DNA of 64,000 nt, from contig OZ241826.1 of NCBI GenBank assembly GCA_965202585.1, positions 36,456,001 to 36,520,000 on the forward strand, given 5' to 3'. The notes under the pieces are model-generated. The model was not told the origin of the DNA and made no database searches. It was given only the letters and a program-made list of their open reading frames with translations. Shown piece after piece: positions 13,401-26,539 of this stretch (the first letter of the stretch is position 1; every line of letters starts with the position of its first letter). Source of the DNA: Thalia democratica. Lineage: Eukaryota. Both the position numbers and the translations under genes were made by a program.

Positions 13401-14629
13401 ATAATATATTTAAAATAGATTTTTTATGTGTACTTGAAGGTGATATAAACACTTTTAAACAATATTAAGTTGTTTAATAACAGATAGATTCTTAACTAAT
13501 TTAAATTTTTTTAAACAAAAGAAACTCGACTTTTGTTTAGTCTTTTCTGCAAGTCTGGTTAAAATTTATGAATTTACTTAAAATTTCTAAGTGATAACTG
13601 AAATATGTTTAAGATTAAATCCAACTTAACTTTTACTATTAAACTGAAGTATGTGTATCAGTAACAACATTATGCACTTAAAAACAATTCAACATACTCA
13701 AAATGTCTATTCATATTTTATAAAAAGCTGACAAACTTTCCATAAATACTTGTTTTACTTATATATATGACTATAATTATATTTTTCACCGAAACCTGAT
13801 ATCTATAGCTAACTTCATGATGATTGACAAGTAACTTATCCGACAGTAAATGTTTCTTACATTTTGAACTTTTCGCCTAACCAGTTATGGTTTGTTACTT
13901 ATTTCAATTAAGGGTCATTTCTTCATTAGTCAACTTTTTCTGCATGTTTTTCTTTTGTTTGGGTAAAGCAATGATTTTTTCTATTGTAGTACCTGGTAAG
14001 TATGCTTGAGTGCCTCTTCTTGCCTTATCCAGTACTCAGAAATTCCAACTTTTCTTAAGTAAGTTCATTTAAAAAAAATTCATTATAAGTAGTTTAAACA
14101 CAGCTACTTACCTTGAAATATAATCTTCTAAAGATTCTTACATCTTTCGATTTCGGGAACAAAACATGAGGTGTGATATCAGAACTTGTTGGCACAAACT
14201 TTGCTAAGTTACGTCATCGTACTTCAACCAATAAAGTAACATGCTCACACTTTATATACAATTTTGTTCCCTCTAAGAAGTTATGTTCTACAAAGTTTGT
14301 ATAGTTCCCTGTGTATACTTTGCACTAACTACTAAAATTAACTATACATCAGTTTAATGTATGCTTTTTCTAAAGTAGTTTTATCAAAAATTTGATATAT
14401 TTTAATACGTTTTGCTACTTTATATAAACTAATAGGTTCAGCCCAAAAATTTACAGTATTGGTATAAGTTTATTTAGATATAAAATTTAAAAATAAAACG
14501 TGCTACAAGGCCGCAATTTTCCGAACTCTGCAATGGACCTATGAAGTTAAATGTATACTTTCTAAGAAATCAGTAAATTTTTTATCAAATGAGATAGTAT
14601 TTGATATTCTACAGTGAGGATATACAAAT

Positions 14630-14870
14630 ATTCATTTTATCTAGTGTTAAAACAGTTAAGAGAACTTAAAACATGTTATACTCGTAAAGAAATGCATCAG
14701 GAAGGTTTAAGAAAAAAATCATAAATATCAAAGAAGTTAATCTGACTAAATTATTCAACGAAACTGCAAAGCTTCTAACTATTATGTTATAAATACCGAT
14801 GTGCAGTAGTGAAGCTGAAAGAACATTTCCAACTTTTATAATAATAAAACATGTTTAAGAAAAAACATAG
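14630..14870 (+). pseudogene. hAT transposase C-terminal dimerisation-domain remnant
   Basis: IPMCSSEAERTFPTF-type motif (ATACCGATGTGCAGTAGTGAAGCTGAAAGAACATTTCC), shared with 34145-34190. Confidence 0.75.
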
Positions 14871-17800
14871 GTCAGTCAAGGTTAAATTGTTTAAGTGCAA
14901 TTTCCATTGGTAAGGGCTTAGTTAAATATGTGGTATTTTCAGGCTAACTTTTATACTTAGATGTTCAGTATTTAATTTTTCTGAAAGTCTCAAGTTTCAT
15001 TTTCATTAAAATTATTTCTAAACACTAATTTTGTTGAAGACTTATGATATTTAGTTTTTGTAAATTTAGTTTGTGGCCTTCACATAGTCGTTTTTTCACT
15101 TGACAAAATCAAACTGGAGTAAGTTTATTTTGAAGTAAAGTTTAGGCGGTTGTAATTATTTTATAAAATAATTTTAACTATAATAAACATGTACTAGATT
15201 GTACAATTAACAACAGGTCTGCAACATTTGAATTGTTTTTATAAAAAAACTGTTTGTGTTAGAGCCTTTCTTTTTGTTAAGTTTAGCTTTGTCCAGTGAA
15301 ATACAGTTATTGGCTTACACTAACAGTGTAAATTTATTATATTTTCATTATCTTTCTATGTAAAAGGAATTATTAGAAAAACAAAAAATTAAAACAACAA
15401 ATTAAGAAAGTACTTTACCTAGGTTAAAAGCAGACTCTTAACAACTAACGATTTTTCACATTAATAATTTTGTGGTATAAGAATATTTAGAAAACTATAA
15501 ATCAATTTAAATATGATAAAACCGCATAAGTATATAAAAAATACATACTTTTGACGATATTGTAGTGTTTGAACGCCTTCTTTTGTTTAAAATCGTTCCA
15601 AAGTAAAATCGACTTTAACGTTTAGAAAAAAGTATTCTAAGTATAAGTGCAGGAACAAAGCTAGTGGTTGGAATTGGTAAAATTTCAAGCTCGGGTCGTC
15701 AAGCGTTTTGTCATTTCAAATAAAAAATCAAGCATTTAAGGAGGTATTAATACTAGACTCAACAAAGCTTCATTTTTAATGGTCCTGCCACATAGAAAAG
15801 TCAAAAGATACTAATTTAGTTTCAAAGAAACAAAACAAAAATAAATTTATAGCAGAAAACAATATCTTTTAAACCGTGAAGTTTAGAAGTAGTACAAACA
15901 ACACTGTGCAAATATAGTAACGTTTAAAACAAATTATTTACATCAAATTGTATAAAACTAAAAATTTTCAAAACTATAAAAAATGTAATCTCTAAGTTAC
16001 CTGTGTAAAAAGCTTTTAGAAAACATTTTAGCACGAAATTTTAGTAGTTTGGTCGTAGAAATTTAGTTTTACTTTAATTAAAGAAAATTAAATTTTTTGT
16101 CAGCAACTAAATAGTACCGATTGTAAGTTAATCATATCTGTGTCATTTTTAATATTCATTTATAGATTTTTTGTGACAAATCATCGATTACTTATTTTAA
16201 ACTGCTATCATTTTCTATTACTAAGACACTTTCATTCTCAGATTAAATAAAAATTCTGTTTTACAATGGCACTAGCTAAACGTTAGCTATTAAATTGTCA
16301 ACTGTTAAGAAAAAATAGGATTAAATTTTCACTCTAATCTACAAGGAATTGTAGGTAGGGTTATAGTGTACATTAAAGCTACACAATAACACAGAACAAA
16401 CAAATTTTAACATTAAATGATACTTAGGACTACTTTATGTAAAACAAGGCATGACAATGAATGTTAATATTGGATTTAGGAACCATGCAAACAACAAAAA
16501 TAGAAAAAAAAACATTACTTTAGAATGTTTTAAATAAATGGAGTTAAAACCTTTAAACACAATTTAATTTAAGAGAAGATACGATAAGAAGTGTATAAAA
16601 AAATATTATATTTAAGTACTAAGAATTTGTATCAAAAAAACTACTTGAAAGAAATGTCGTTGTTTGAAAAATAACTTAACTATAAGCAACAAATAATACA
16701 AATATCTAAATGAACTACATGATAACAGCAGCAAGGTGGTCTATAATGAATACCTGCTCCAACTGATGAGGGTTTATATATGGCTGTAGTATGCTAATGC
16801 AATCCTGCATCAGTAAACTCGTGAGCGCTCTTTATTTTCTCCTTATCTTTTCTCTTTTAAATTTGCATCAGTATTTTCATCCGTTTCTTTCTGGGATTTC
16901 TTTCTGGGACAAAACGGTTTCAAATACTACATAAGGTACTTCACTAAAAAAAAACGAATTAATAGTTTATTTAAAAACAAATTAAAACATTTAAGTTATG
17001 ATTAAAGCTGGCTGAAAATTGTAATTAGAAGTAATTTTAAATTATATGATAGTTTAATACTAAAACTGTTTGGTAGCACTGAGTTAGTCTGAAACAAACT
17101 CTTTCATTTCAAAAAACCAGCACGCTTTAAGCTAAAATGAAGTATAAACAGAATTAAGAGAAAAATGATAGCTTAAAACTTAATATACTTTATGCAAATT
17201 GCCGTTACAAAAAGTACAGCTAGTAAATAAATATAATAAAGACTAAAATATTTTTGCATCAGAATGTACACATAAAAAACTCAACTTTAGTGAAAGTTTA
17301 TTATTTTTTTAAATTAAGTTTTGCAGTATATAATACTTACTTTTCAGTCAGTAGTAGCACCTAATTAAATATACTAGTTTAGAAAACTATTCAAAAAGTT
17401 TTAGTTTTGAAATAATAATTAATGATAAAGCAATATTGGTAAAGTGTAATACTTTATTGTTTCCATACCACTTAAAAACTTTTAGTTACTTTTTTCTAAG
17501 TAATTAAAACTAAACTTTAATTTTTTCTTACCGTTTTGAATAATACTACAATTCTTTGTTAAAAAGTGTTTAGTTAACTGATTTAAGATACTAAGGTAAA
17601 CTGATTAAAATATCAATACCGTTAACAAATATAAAATTGTTTTTGATTATTTTGAGATCATAAAGTAAGGCAATAATTTTTCTATTTTATAAAACTAAAG
17701 CTTACTAAGTAACAAACACATGGATTTTACATAAAGAACCAAGCAGAAAAGTAGAACATTTTTTACAAAAAATTGTTTAATAGACTCTATTTCTACTTGT

Positions 17801-20800
17801 TAAATATTTCTTGTGTTAATTTTTACCTTTGCTATTGCACAAAATTTATTACAAAATTGTTAAAACACTTTGTAACAAAGACTTATTTTGTTTTATTTGA
17901 AATACACTAAATATGTTTTGCTTCTTTTCAGAAACAAAATAAATTTAAATATTATTAAATTGATAAAAACAAGTGTTTGATTAAAAACAAGTTTGAGTTA
18001 ATAGAACTAATCCTTTTATTTTGACAATTTTAAACTCAATGTTTTACGTAAAAAACTGTAATTTCGATTTTTTATATTATTGTGATTTAGATAGAAATTA
18101 AGGGTTAAGTTAATCCAAATTATATAATAACAAGAGATGCAACGTTTTAAAAATTTATTTCTAGTTAAAGAAAATTAATTAAATTATAAGAGCAAGCCTT
18201 GAAAATAAATATTTATTTTTAAGTTAATAAACAATGAGTATCAATTAAACATGTCTGCTTATTTTACACGATGAAAGTCTCTGAAATTTCAAGTATATTA
18301 TTAAATTAAGACATTTTGTTACAAGTAACAAAGTTGGCGCTCAAATTTTAAAAGTGAAATTTAAAAAGAAACTTGTATTAGTACGTCATAATCCAAAAGC
18401 GCTTTTTTGTTCACAAATTTTCTTAGTGCGAATTCATTAGTTAACAGCAGCCATTGAAAGTACAGAAACTTCTTCTCTTACTATAGTCAAGTTTTGCATT
18501 TAATATTACAAATATCATGTTTTGTTTTCAAATTCAAAAAGTTTATGGTATTAAATAGCTCTACCAGTAATTTTGTGTCTAATTAATTAAAGTTTCCTCA
18601 GGCTGAAAACTTTTATTCATCTATTATGATCAATCGAAACTTGAATGGATAATTTGTAACAGTATTCGCTTTATTTCAGGTTTATAGTCTCTTGCTGATT
18701 AATTATCAAACTTTCTGTATTAGGCTTACAGACAAATTAATAAAACATGTTAAAAAGTGTACAAGCTTTTCAATTTAGCTCATTATTATTGCTTGTTGGC
18801 ACAGCAAGTATTGTGCAATTTTTTGTAGATTACTAACTCAAGAAATTTCAAAAACTTGCATTTCTTAAACATTCCAACCTCAGCAACTTTTGATCTATGC
18901 ACACATTTCAACTGTTGCTTTAAATCCAAACATGTCAATAGTGTGGTTATTTTACCTTTATGTTTAAGTTTATAGACGTTTCTTGTTGGCCAGACTATTT
19001 TTGTCTGAAGATGGCCTTCCATAACGGTCAACTGTATACTGATCGAAGCTAAATATTTTAGTATTTTCAAGTATATTTTGGGTCAGCAGTGTCGTTAAGT
19101 TTCTTGCAAGTTGTGATTTTATTGCTACTTTATTTAAACTAATAAGGTCAAAAAATATACAATTCTTGCTTTCAATTTCTTCTTTTAACTTCATTTGATT
19201 GATCATCTACTAATAAAAATGTCCAATCTAAATTCTTTTCTAAACATCAAGGTTTATAATTGCAAAATTCACCTGAATTATTTGTTAAGTGCTTATGATA
19301 AGATCCTATATATGTAGTTTCTTAGCTCTTAATTCATTGTGTATTTACACTTTTTATGTTTAAAACTATCACTTCAAATATTTCAGTGATATCATCATTG
19401 AAACATTTTAAAGAATCACATGTTACTAATTTTCTTATCTTTTTACTTAAACCAGAGCTATCCACACTACTTGAAATATTTCCCTGTGAGTGGGTAAAAC
19501 AAAAAATACAGTGCTGAAAGGAAAGGATTTTTTAATTCCATTAAATATTAAATTTTCCTGATCAGAGTAAAACAATAACTTATTTTTATAAGTATCTTTA
19601 CAGTTTATTTGAACTGTAATCATGCTTATTGTGTGGAATAACTATTAGGTTAATAGTATTGTAATTCAATGAAGTCTTGAAAACAATAGTTTTTTTTGTC
19701 TTGAACTAGTTTACTGTATGGCTCATGGTATACTTAATTTTTATTTTTTGTACACCAGACCATAGTGAAGTCTTCAAAACTATTTCTCTATATTCTTAAA
19801 AACCTTTGAACCAAAATACAACTAATTTTACTGAGTGTCTCCTAATATTTTACATGCCATTTAAATAAGCAATAAAATGTTTTGAGATATTACCTTACAT
19901 CCCACCAAGTTTTTACAGACTATAAAATTAAATTAATTTTTATTTAACATATACCACTGCAAAGCCTCAGCAGCACCAAAGGTCTTTTGTAAAGTTGATG
20001 GAAAAGATATTTGAATCAAAGTTAAGCTTAAGTTGATAAGGCTAGATCTTAAGATGGTACTTTTTAAATGTCTAATAATTTAAAGAGTAAACATGGTTTT
20101 TTTAATTTACTACTACCTGCCACCAACTGAATATATGAATTTATAATTTCATGATCAAACCATCTGGAAGCTTCAGGCTTTTAATACTTATTAATCACAA
20201 TTCTAAAAAAATAGACTCAACAAATAGCTGGTACCTAGAAAATAAAAAAAAGATTTATGAAACCCCTAGAAGTTTGGACGTGGATTAGTCTTTCTTCTAC
20301 CCGTATGGTTCGGCTTATAAGCCGGACACATGAGCCAAGTAGGATATAATTCCCTTTTATCCGTGGATTGTACAAATTGCCTTCCATCTTTAAGTACCAC
20401 AAATTTGCTTAAAGTGGACTTCTTTGTCTTTTTAGCAGGGACCTCTGGGATAGCAATGTCATTGCACTTATTTAAAAAGTCACTTGAAAAACTATCTAGT
20501 TATTGGCTATTTAATTTGATAAGCCTGATAATGAGGAAACTTAAAATCACCTTCCCCATTAAATGACTTCCTAACATTAGTAAATTGATTTTCAATTAAA
20601 CACCTTTAGGTCAGTCACCAAATCCGTTGGACTCACATATAATCTTCCAACTAAACTGTTATTAAAAGATTCAGCCAATTTTGGCAGGGACCGCTGGGAA
20701 AGCAATGTTCTAGAACCCTTTTACCCAAATTACTTGGGAACCAAAGACATCTACTCTATTAGTATTTGCTAAAATACCTTTGCCTTACAATTACCATAGA

Positions 20801-21146
20801 ATAAATCTTAAACTATCACTTTTATTCATAGATTCTTCATATAGTTTTTCTATGTTTTAAAATATTTTCGAAGTCTTTTTTGAGTTTTTGAAATAGTTGT
20901 GGTCATTGTGCAAACAATGATAGAATTTTTTATTTTGAATGGAATAAAAATTAGCAGGACCAGTCTTCACCTTAGAGGTCGAATAGTATAATGAATATTA
21001 TTGTCATTACAATTTTGAAGCCGGGCAGAGCTATACATGATTTTTTTAAGTTGTCGCTTTTGATAGGTTGTCACTTATAGATTAATGTTTTGTTTAAATA
21101 AACTTGTCTTTCATCTGCTTAAATTCTTAGTTCAGATTAAAGGTTT

Positions 21147-21396
21147 CCGGTACACCATGGGAGAGTGGTTCCTCAATCACGTAATCCTGAAAATGAGTAC
21201 TTACGGTGGGCCCTTACAGAAAACCGAAGAATTAATATAATCTTACATCATCGTGACAAGCGAGCGCGGTAATAGCAATAAAAATCAACACATAAATAAC
21301 AGTAAAACCGAGAATAGCTAACAATTAGGCGTATGACATTGCACTATCATTTGACCTGCCACTCAAAAGAGCGAGAGCCTGGTATATATAACCGAG
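21147..21396. other. 250-bp insertion flanked by a 7-bp direct repeat (AAGGTTT)
   Basis: AAGGTTT at 21140-21146 and 21397-21403. The paralogous unit has the empty site AAAGGTTAGCAG at ~23482. A near-identical copy lies at 46783-47032. Confidence 0.85.
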
Positions 21397-22750
21397 AAGG
21401 TTTGCAGTAATTCTGTACCGCTTGTCTTTAAATATAATTTTTAAATGTGGTAGTTGAAATTACTACCTTTACTTGTCTGTTGATTGCGCGTATGTTTTTT
21501 CATTTATTACTACCAACTTAACCTTAAAATTTATTTTACTAACAGGGTTTATAAAAGGCTCATCTACTGAGTAATTAAAAAAGTCGTCTGAAAATATCTG
21601 ATCATATAAAGAGTTAACATAGTTATTATTGTATTTATTATCAACAATACTTAATTCAAGATTGCCAGCAGAAAAATCAAAAATACCTTGATTTTTAAAC
21701 ATTTCTTTGAAGTTAAGAAGTTGTAGGTTATTTAATTGACATTTCAAGTTCTTCAATTAATTTTAAAGGTCTAAGCAATTGATTATAAAGGAACTGCTTT
21801 ATTTTGCTTCATCGTCTAGCATTTGCAGTGTTTTAATGCCATGGCCTGTAACTAAATCATTACTGCTACAATTAATTTCGTCACTAACACCTTTATTCAT
21901 TGCACAATAAAAGATTTTAAAAATATTATAAAAAGTCTTATAAATTCTAGTAATTGAAAATAATTATGGTCATTGTGCAATCAATGATAGAATGTTTTAT
22001 ATATCTTTAGATATAACGGTAGGTCGAGACTTCACCTTAAGGGTTGAATAGTACAATGATTTTTTTGATAGCCTGATCTAAGCATTTCCTTTTACTCCAA
22101 GTTTCTTTCTCAAAATTGGTGCTCTTCATTTAATTTTCTCAGTTTTTAAAATTAGTTCTTATAATTTCTTGTTTGAAACTACTTTTCTTTCACGTATACG
22201 TGAAATATATGTATTTCTTGGAACTGGAATGACTGTTATTAAGCAAGACTCTTTTTTAATGCAAACAACAGTTAAATTTTCCAACATTAGCAATTGCATA
22301 ATATGCGTATCTGAACTGACAAAGGAACTTAAAGAAAATTCGTAAATTTTTCTGTTGCTGTTGGTATTTTTACGGCTAATGTTGCTGGAATGAAATTTTT
22401 CATGAAAGACTCTTTTAGAACTTCCAGTTTTTATTCTAAATAGCCTTACTTTGAACAACTCGTCTTTGAAGGTTCTCAAGATCGGTTGAAAATGCTTAAG
22501 GTGGATTGCTGTGAGATTTAACTTTTATGTTACTTCACTTTAAACTTCATTCAAACAAATACAACTTTTAATTATTGAACTTTTTGCTAATAGTTGCTGT
22601 GGTCATTGTGATTGCAGTTGCAAAACTTGAAGGAGACCAGTCGCGTACATCTCTTGTAGTTTTTCCACATTTTCAAACTTTCTACCTTGAACATTTAGAA
22701 CAGAATTCTGAACTGTATATACTAAAGTTTTCATTTTCTCTATAACTTAA

Positions 22751-23340
22751 TACTTTATTGGTTATATGCGTCTCATTTGCAAATAACTTCATAAAAAATT
22801 CTAACCACCATTTTATTGATAGGGTAGAGTGATCTGCCAATATGGCGTTACATATGAAAATCTTGAGGAAATGTTCTGGAAGAAGAATCTTTTGTGCTAC
22901 CTAAGGAAACTGAGTAACAAAATGTCCGTCTGTCAATAAACTTATGACTGTTGTATTTGTTTCTAACTAACATCAGGGTAACTTGATAATAACGTATCAA
23001 CGCCATTATTCGCACGTGTGATAACGTAATCATGAGCGTCAACGAACCAACCTATAAAGTCCTCTCGTGTCTGCCCTTCGATGCTTGAAACACCTATTCC
23101 TCTCAAATTATTTTCAAACTGGGTCATATATCGCCCGTTACTGGCCGCCAACATTCTAGCATTTTCAGACGCTTCAATCACCCTGCGCGCAACGGTGCCT
23201 ACATAATCGGCCCATCTTCTAACCCCGTCAGTCATGTAAGTTGTAACTTGACTCATTTTCCAATAATACTGTCAGTGAAGTCTAGGCATTTTTAATGAAA
23301 ATAATAATAAAACAACTTCATAAAGATACCTGCATTCTTA
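22751..23340 (-). pseudogene. Fragment of a diverged Mutator/NOF-like transposase core, interrupted by an insert
   Basis: Minus-strand pieces YEVVLLLFSLKMPRLH, KFIDRRTFCYSVSLGSTKDSSSRTFPQ and CNAILADHSTLSIKWWLEFFMK align by eye with the 27.0-27.2 kb and 54.8-55.1 kb copies (YDVIKKEIEVEKCPNLH...KYTDKREFYYSIAL...DKTSSRTC.Q...CEAILADHTTLSIKSWLEFF). Confidence 0.65.
22963..23256 (-). CDS. 97-aa ORF of unknown function occupying an apparent insertion
   Basis: Uninterrupted ATG-to-TAG frame, visibly more GC-rich than its flanks, with no stops although the surrounding sequence is heavily decayed. No family recognised. Confidence 0.45.
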   Translation of the reverse strand: MSQVTTYMTDGVRRWADYVGTVARRVIEASENARMLAASNGRYMTQFENNLRGIGVSSIEGQTREDFIGWFVDAHDYVITRANNGVDTLLSSYPDVS

Positions 23341-26300
23341 ATTGCAGTACAATTTTGAAGCCGGGCAGACTATACATGATTTTTTTTGAATGTTGTCGCT
23401 ATTTACAGGTAGTTACTTTATAGATTAATGTTTTGTTTATATAAACTTGTTTTTTGTCTGCTCGAACTCTTAGTTCAGAGTAAAGGTTAGCAGTCATTCT
23501 GTACCGTTGGTCTTTAAATATATTTTTTAAATGTGACTGTTGAAATTACTACCTTTTCTGTTGATTGCGCGTACGTTTTTCATTTATTACTACCAACTTA
23601 ACCTTTAAATTTCTTTTTTTAACAGGGTTTATAAAAGGCTCATCTACTGAAGAATTAAAAAGGTCGTCTGAAAATATCTGATCATATAATGAGTTAACAT
23701 AGTTTTTATTGTATTCATTATCAACAATACTTAATTCAAGATTGCCAGCAGAAAAATAAAAAATACCTTGACTTTTAAACATTTCTTTGAAATTGAGAAG
23801 TTGTAGGTTATTTAATTGACATTTCAAGTTCTTCAATTGATTTTAAAGGTCTAAGCTTTTGATTATTAAGGAACTGCTTTATTTTCCTATTTTGCTTCAT
23901 CATCTAGCAATTGCAGTGTTTTAATGCCATGGCCTGTAACTAAGTCATTACTGCTACAATTAATTTCGTAACTATCACCTTTATTCATTGCACCATGATA
24001 GATTTAATAAAATTTTTATAAGTTTAAGAATTTTTAAAATAGTTATGGTCGTTGTGCAACCAATGATACAATGTTTTATTTATCTTTGGATATAACTTGG
24101 TAGGTCGAATCTTCACCTTAAGGGTTGAATAGTACAATGATTTTTTTTAACACCCTGATCTAAGAATTTCCTTTTACTCCAAGTTTCTTTCTCAAAATTG
24201 GAGCTCTTCATTTAATTTTCTCAGTTTTAAAAATTAGTTCTTATAATTTCTTGTTTTAAAACAACTTTTCTTTCACGTATACGTGAAATATATATATTTC
24301 TTGCAACTGGAATGACTGTTATTAAGCAAGACTCTTTTTTAATGCAAACAACAATTAAGTTTTGCAAAATTAGCAATTGCATTATATGCGTATCTGAACT
24401 GACAAAGGAACTTAAAGAAAATTCGTAAATTTTTCTGTTGCTGTTGTTATTCACACAGCTAATGTTGCTAGAATGACAGTTATTAAGACTCTTTCAGAAC
24501 TTCCAGTTTTTATTCTAAAGAGCCTTACTTTGAACAACTCGTCTTTGAAGGTTCTCAAGATTTGAAAATGCTAAAGGTGGATTGCTGTGAGATTTAATTT
24601 TTATGTTACTTCACTTAAATTAACTAAAAGTAATTTTTAATTCAAACAAATACAACTTTTAATTATTGAACCTTTTGCTAATAGTTGCTGTGGTCATTGT
24701 GATTGCAGTTGCAAAACTTGAAGGAGACCAGTCGCGTACATCTCTTGCCGTTTTTCCACATTTTCAAACTTTCTACCTTGAACACTTGGAACTGTATATA
24801 CTAAAGTTTTTCATTTTCTCTTCAACTCAAAACTAATGTTTGATCAGGAACAAATTATTTTAAAAACAAAATTTTGAACTTGTCTTTGATCAATTCCCCA
24901 AGTGCCGTCATACTTTTCATGTATTACTGGTTACAGTTATAATATCACAGTTTAATATTTTTCTTTTATCTTCTCGTCACTTGATATTTTTTAAGGACAG
25001 TAGTGTGTTCCACTTACTAAATTTGAACTTAGTTATTTCTTCAACACCAAAGTTTTTCTCTTTACTTTACAACTTAAAAAACTAGATTTAAAACTCGTTG
25101 TACAGAGGAGTAAAACCTGTCATTTTTTTGTCTGGAAAAAAATTTTTGAAAAGAGAACGGTGCTGTTGTTACAATTAACTAGTTTTTATTTCAGCAAGTT
25201 CATCACGCAACTACTTAAATTTTTCAAAGTGCCATTATGGCAGTACTGAGTTCCAGCAACTTAATTTGAATGTCTTCTGAATAACTTCTTAAATACCAAA
25301 AATACTGCATAAGTTTTCATTTTACTGTACAATTTAAAAAGCAAGAATCAAAACTAGCATCTGTTTAGATTATTTTTTCTAAAACAAATTTGAACGAAAT
25401 GTTGTTCGGTTCCGACATTGAACTGACGTATGCAGTAGTCTTTGTAGTGACTTTCTTTAGTTTTTAAACCTAAAGAACATTCTAATTTTATTTATCTTAT
25501 TCTCATACTGATTGATCTTCTTATTCATCATCGTTCAATTATAATACTTAAAAAATTCAAAGATACCTTGTATGCTATGTTTTTTAAAAAACTGTTTAAG
25601 AAATAAATATCATTAATTATGAGATGTTTCTATCAACAACTTTATTGATTTTTCCTAACAATTTTTTTTTCCTGCTGAGGGTGTTAACTATTCTTTGTGA
25701 TTTTAATAATCATCGTGGCATTCTACCACGATTGATCTTAAACTTGCCTTTGTACTTTTCTTGTTTGCACTGGATAATATCACAGTTATTTATTTTTCTC
25801 TCAACAAACTTACACTTCTTTTCACACAGTAACAAAAACAACGCGGCCTTAATTATCCTGTGATCTAACTAAAATTCTATAACTACCCGAGTTTAATCTT
25901 TTTAAACATTAGAGGCAGTGGTCCAAACAGTAGTGACTAACCTAGGGTTTTCTTTGCCAGACAAAGAACTTTCATAGTAATCGGGAAATCGATTTTGAGG
26001 ATCAGCCAACCTATACATAGGGGTATAATGATGAATATTAATTTTCAGAGCTTTAGAGGCACAAAAAGCAGTTAACCTGCAAGAATAACTAAGACAGCCG
26101 TACGTTTTGCATAGTCTTGCGATTCAATTTTCTAAAGACATATCTAAGTAGTGTTGGATACATTGTAACAGGATATGTACGTAGTTTTTATCATGATATA
26201 ATTATTAAGTATTTTAACGTAATCCAACACTGTTGTGTTTATTACCAAATAATAAGAGAGTCGATGAGTGAAAGAAATTTGAGCTATCAGCAAAGGACTT

Positions 26301-26539
26301 AGCTAAATGAGTAAACTTCAACTCGGAATTCACATTTAATTCTTTGAAATTTAAATCAATTCTATTATTTAAACTTGATAGTTCTAAACTAATAATAAAT
26401 CATCTGTACATTCAAAACACACTTTTAAAGTCATTACAAGCTTCAAATAATTTCTTTCATCTGTTCGAATTCTTAGTTCAGAGTAAAGTTTTTCAGTTAT
26501 TCTGTATCGTTTATCTTTCAATATATTATTTTTAATGAT

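Larger units (their letters stand above)
21005..24830. repeat. Internal direct duplication within copy A (21005-22750 and 23345-~24830)
   Basis: Both units start at (C/G)TACAATTTTGAAGCCGGGCAGA and give near-identical minus ORF fragments (21469-21756 vs 23549-23836; 22159-22479 vs 24227-24454). They are separated by a unique ~590-bp segment. Confidence 0.9.

Noticed and set aside
13890-14340. Minus-strand exon-like pieces with a possible decayed SWIM-type motif (VVSAKYTQG..., CEHV...)
   Set aside because: Key cysteines are missing, stops are present, and I could not build a phase-consistent model.
16730-19440. Scattered minus-strand coding-like fragments (YLKPFCPRKK..., RRSFCTFNGC, CVHRSKVAEVG...) in both duplication copies
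   Set aside because: Probably further parts of the decayed element, but not assignable to a domain by eye, so not listed as separate genes.
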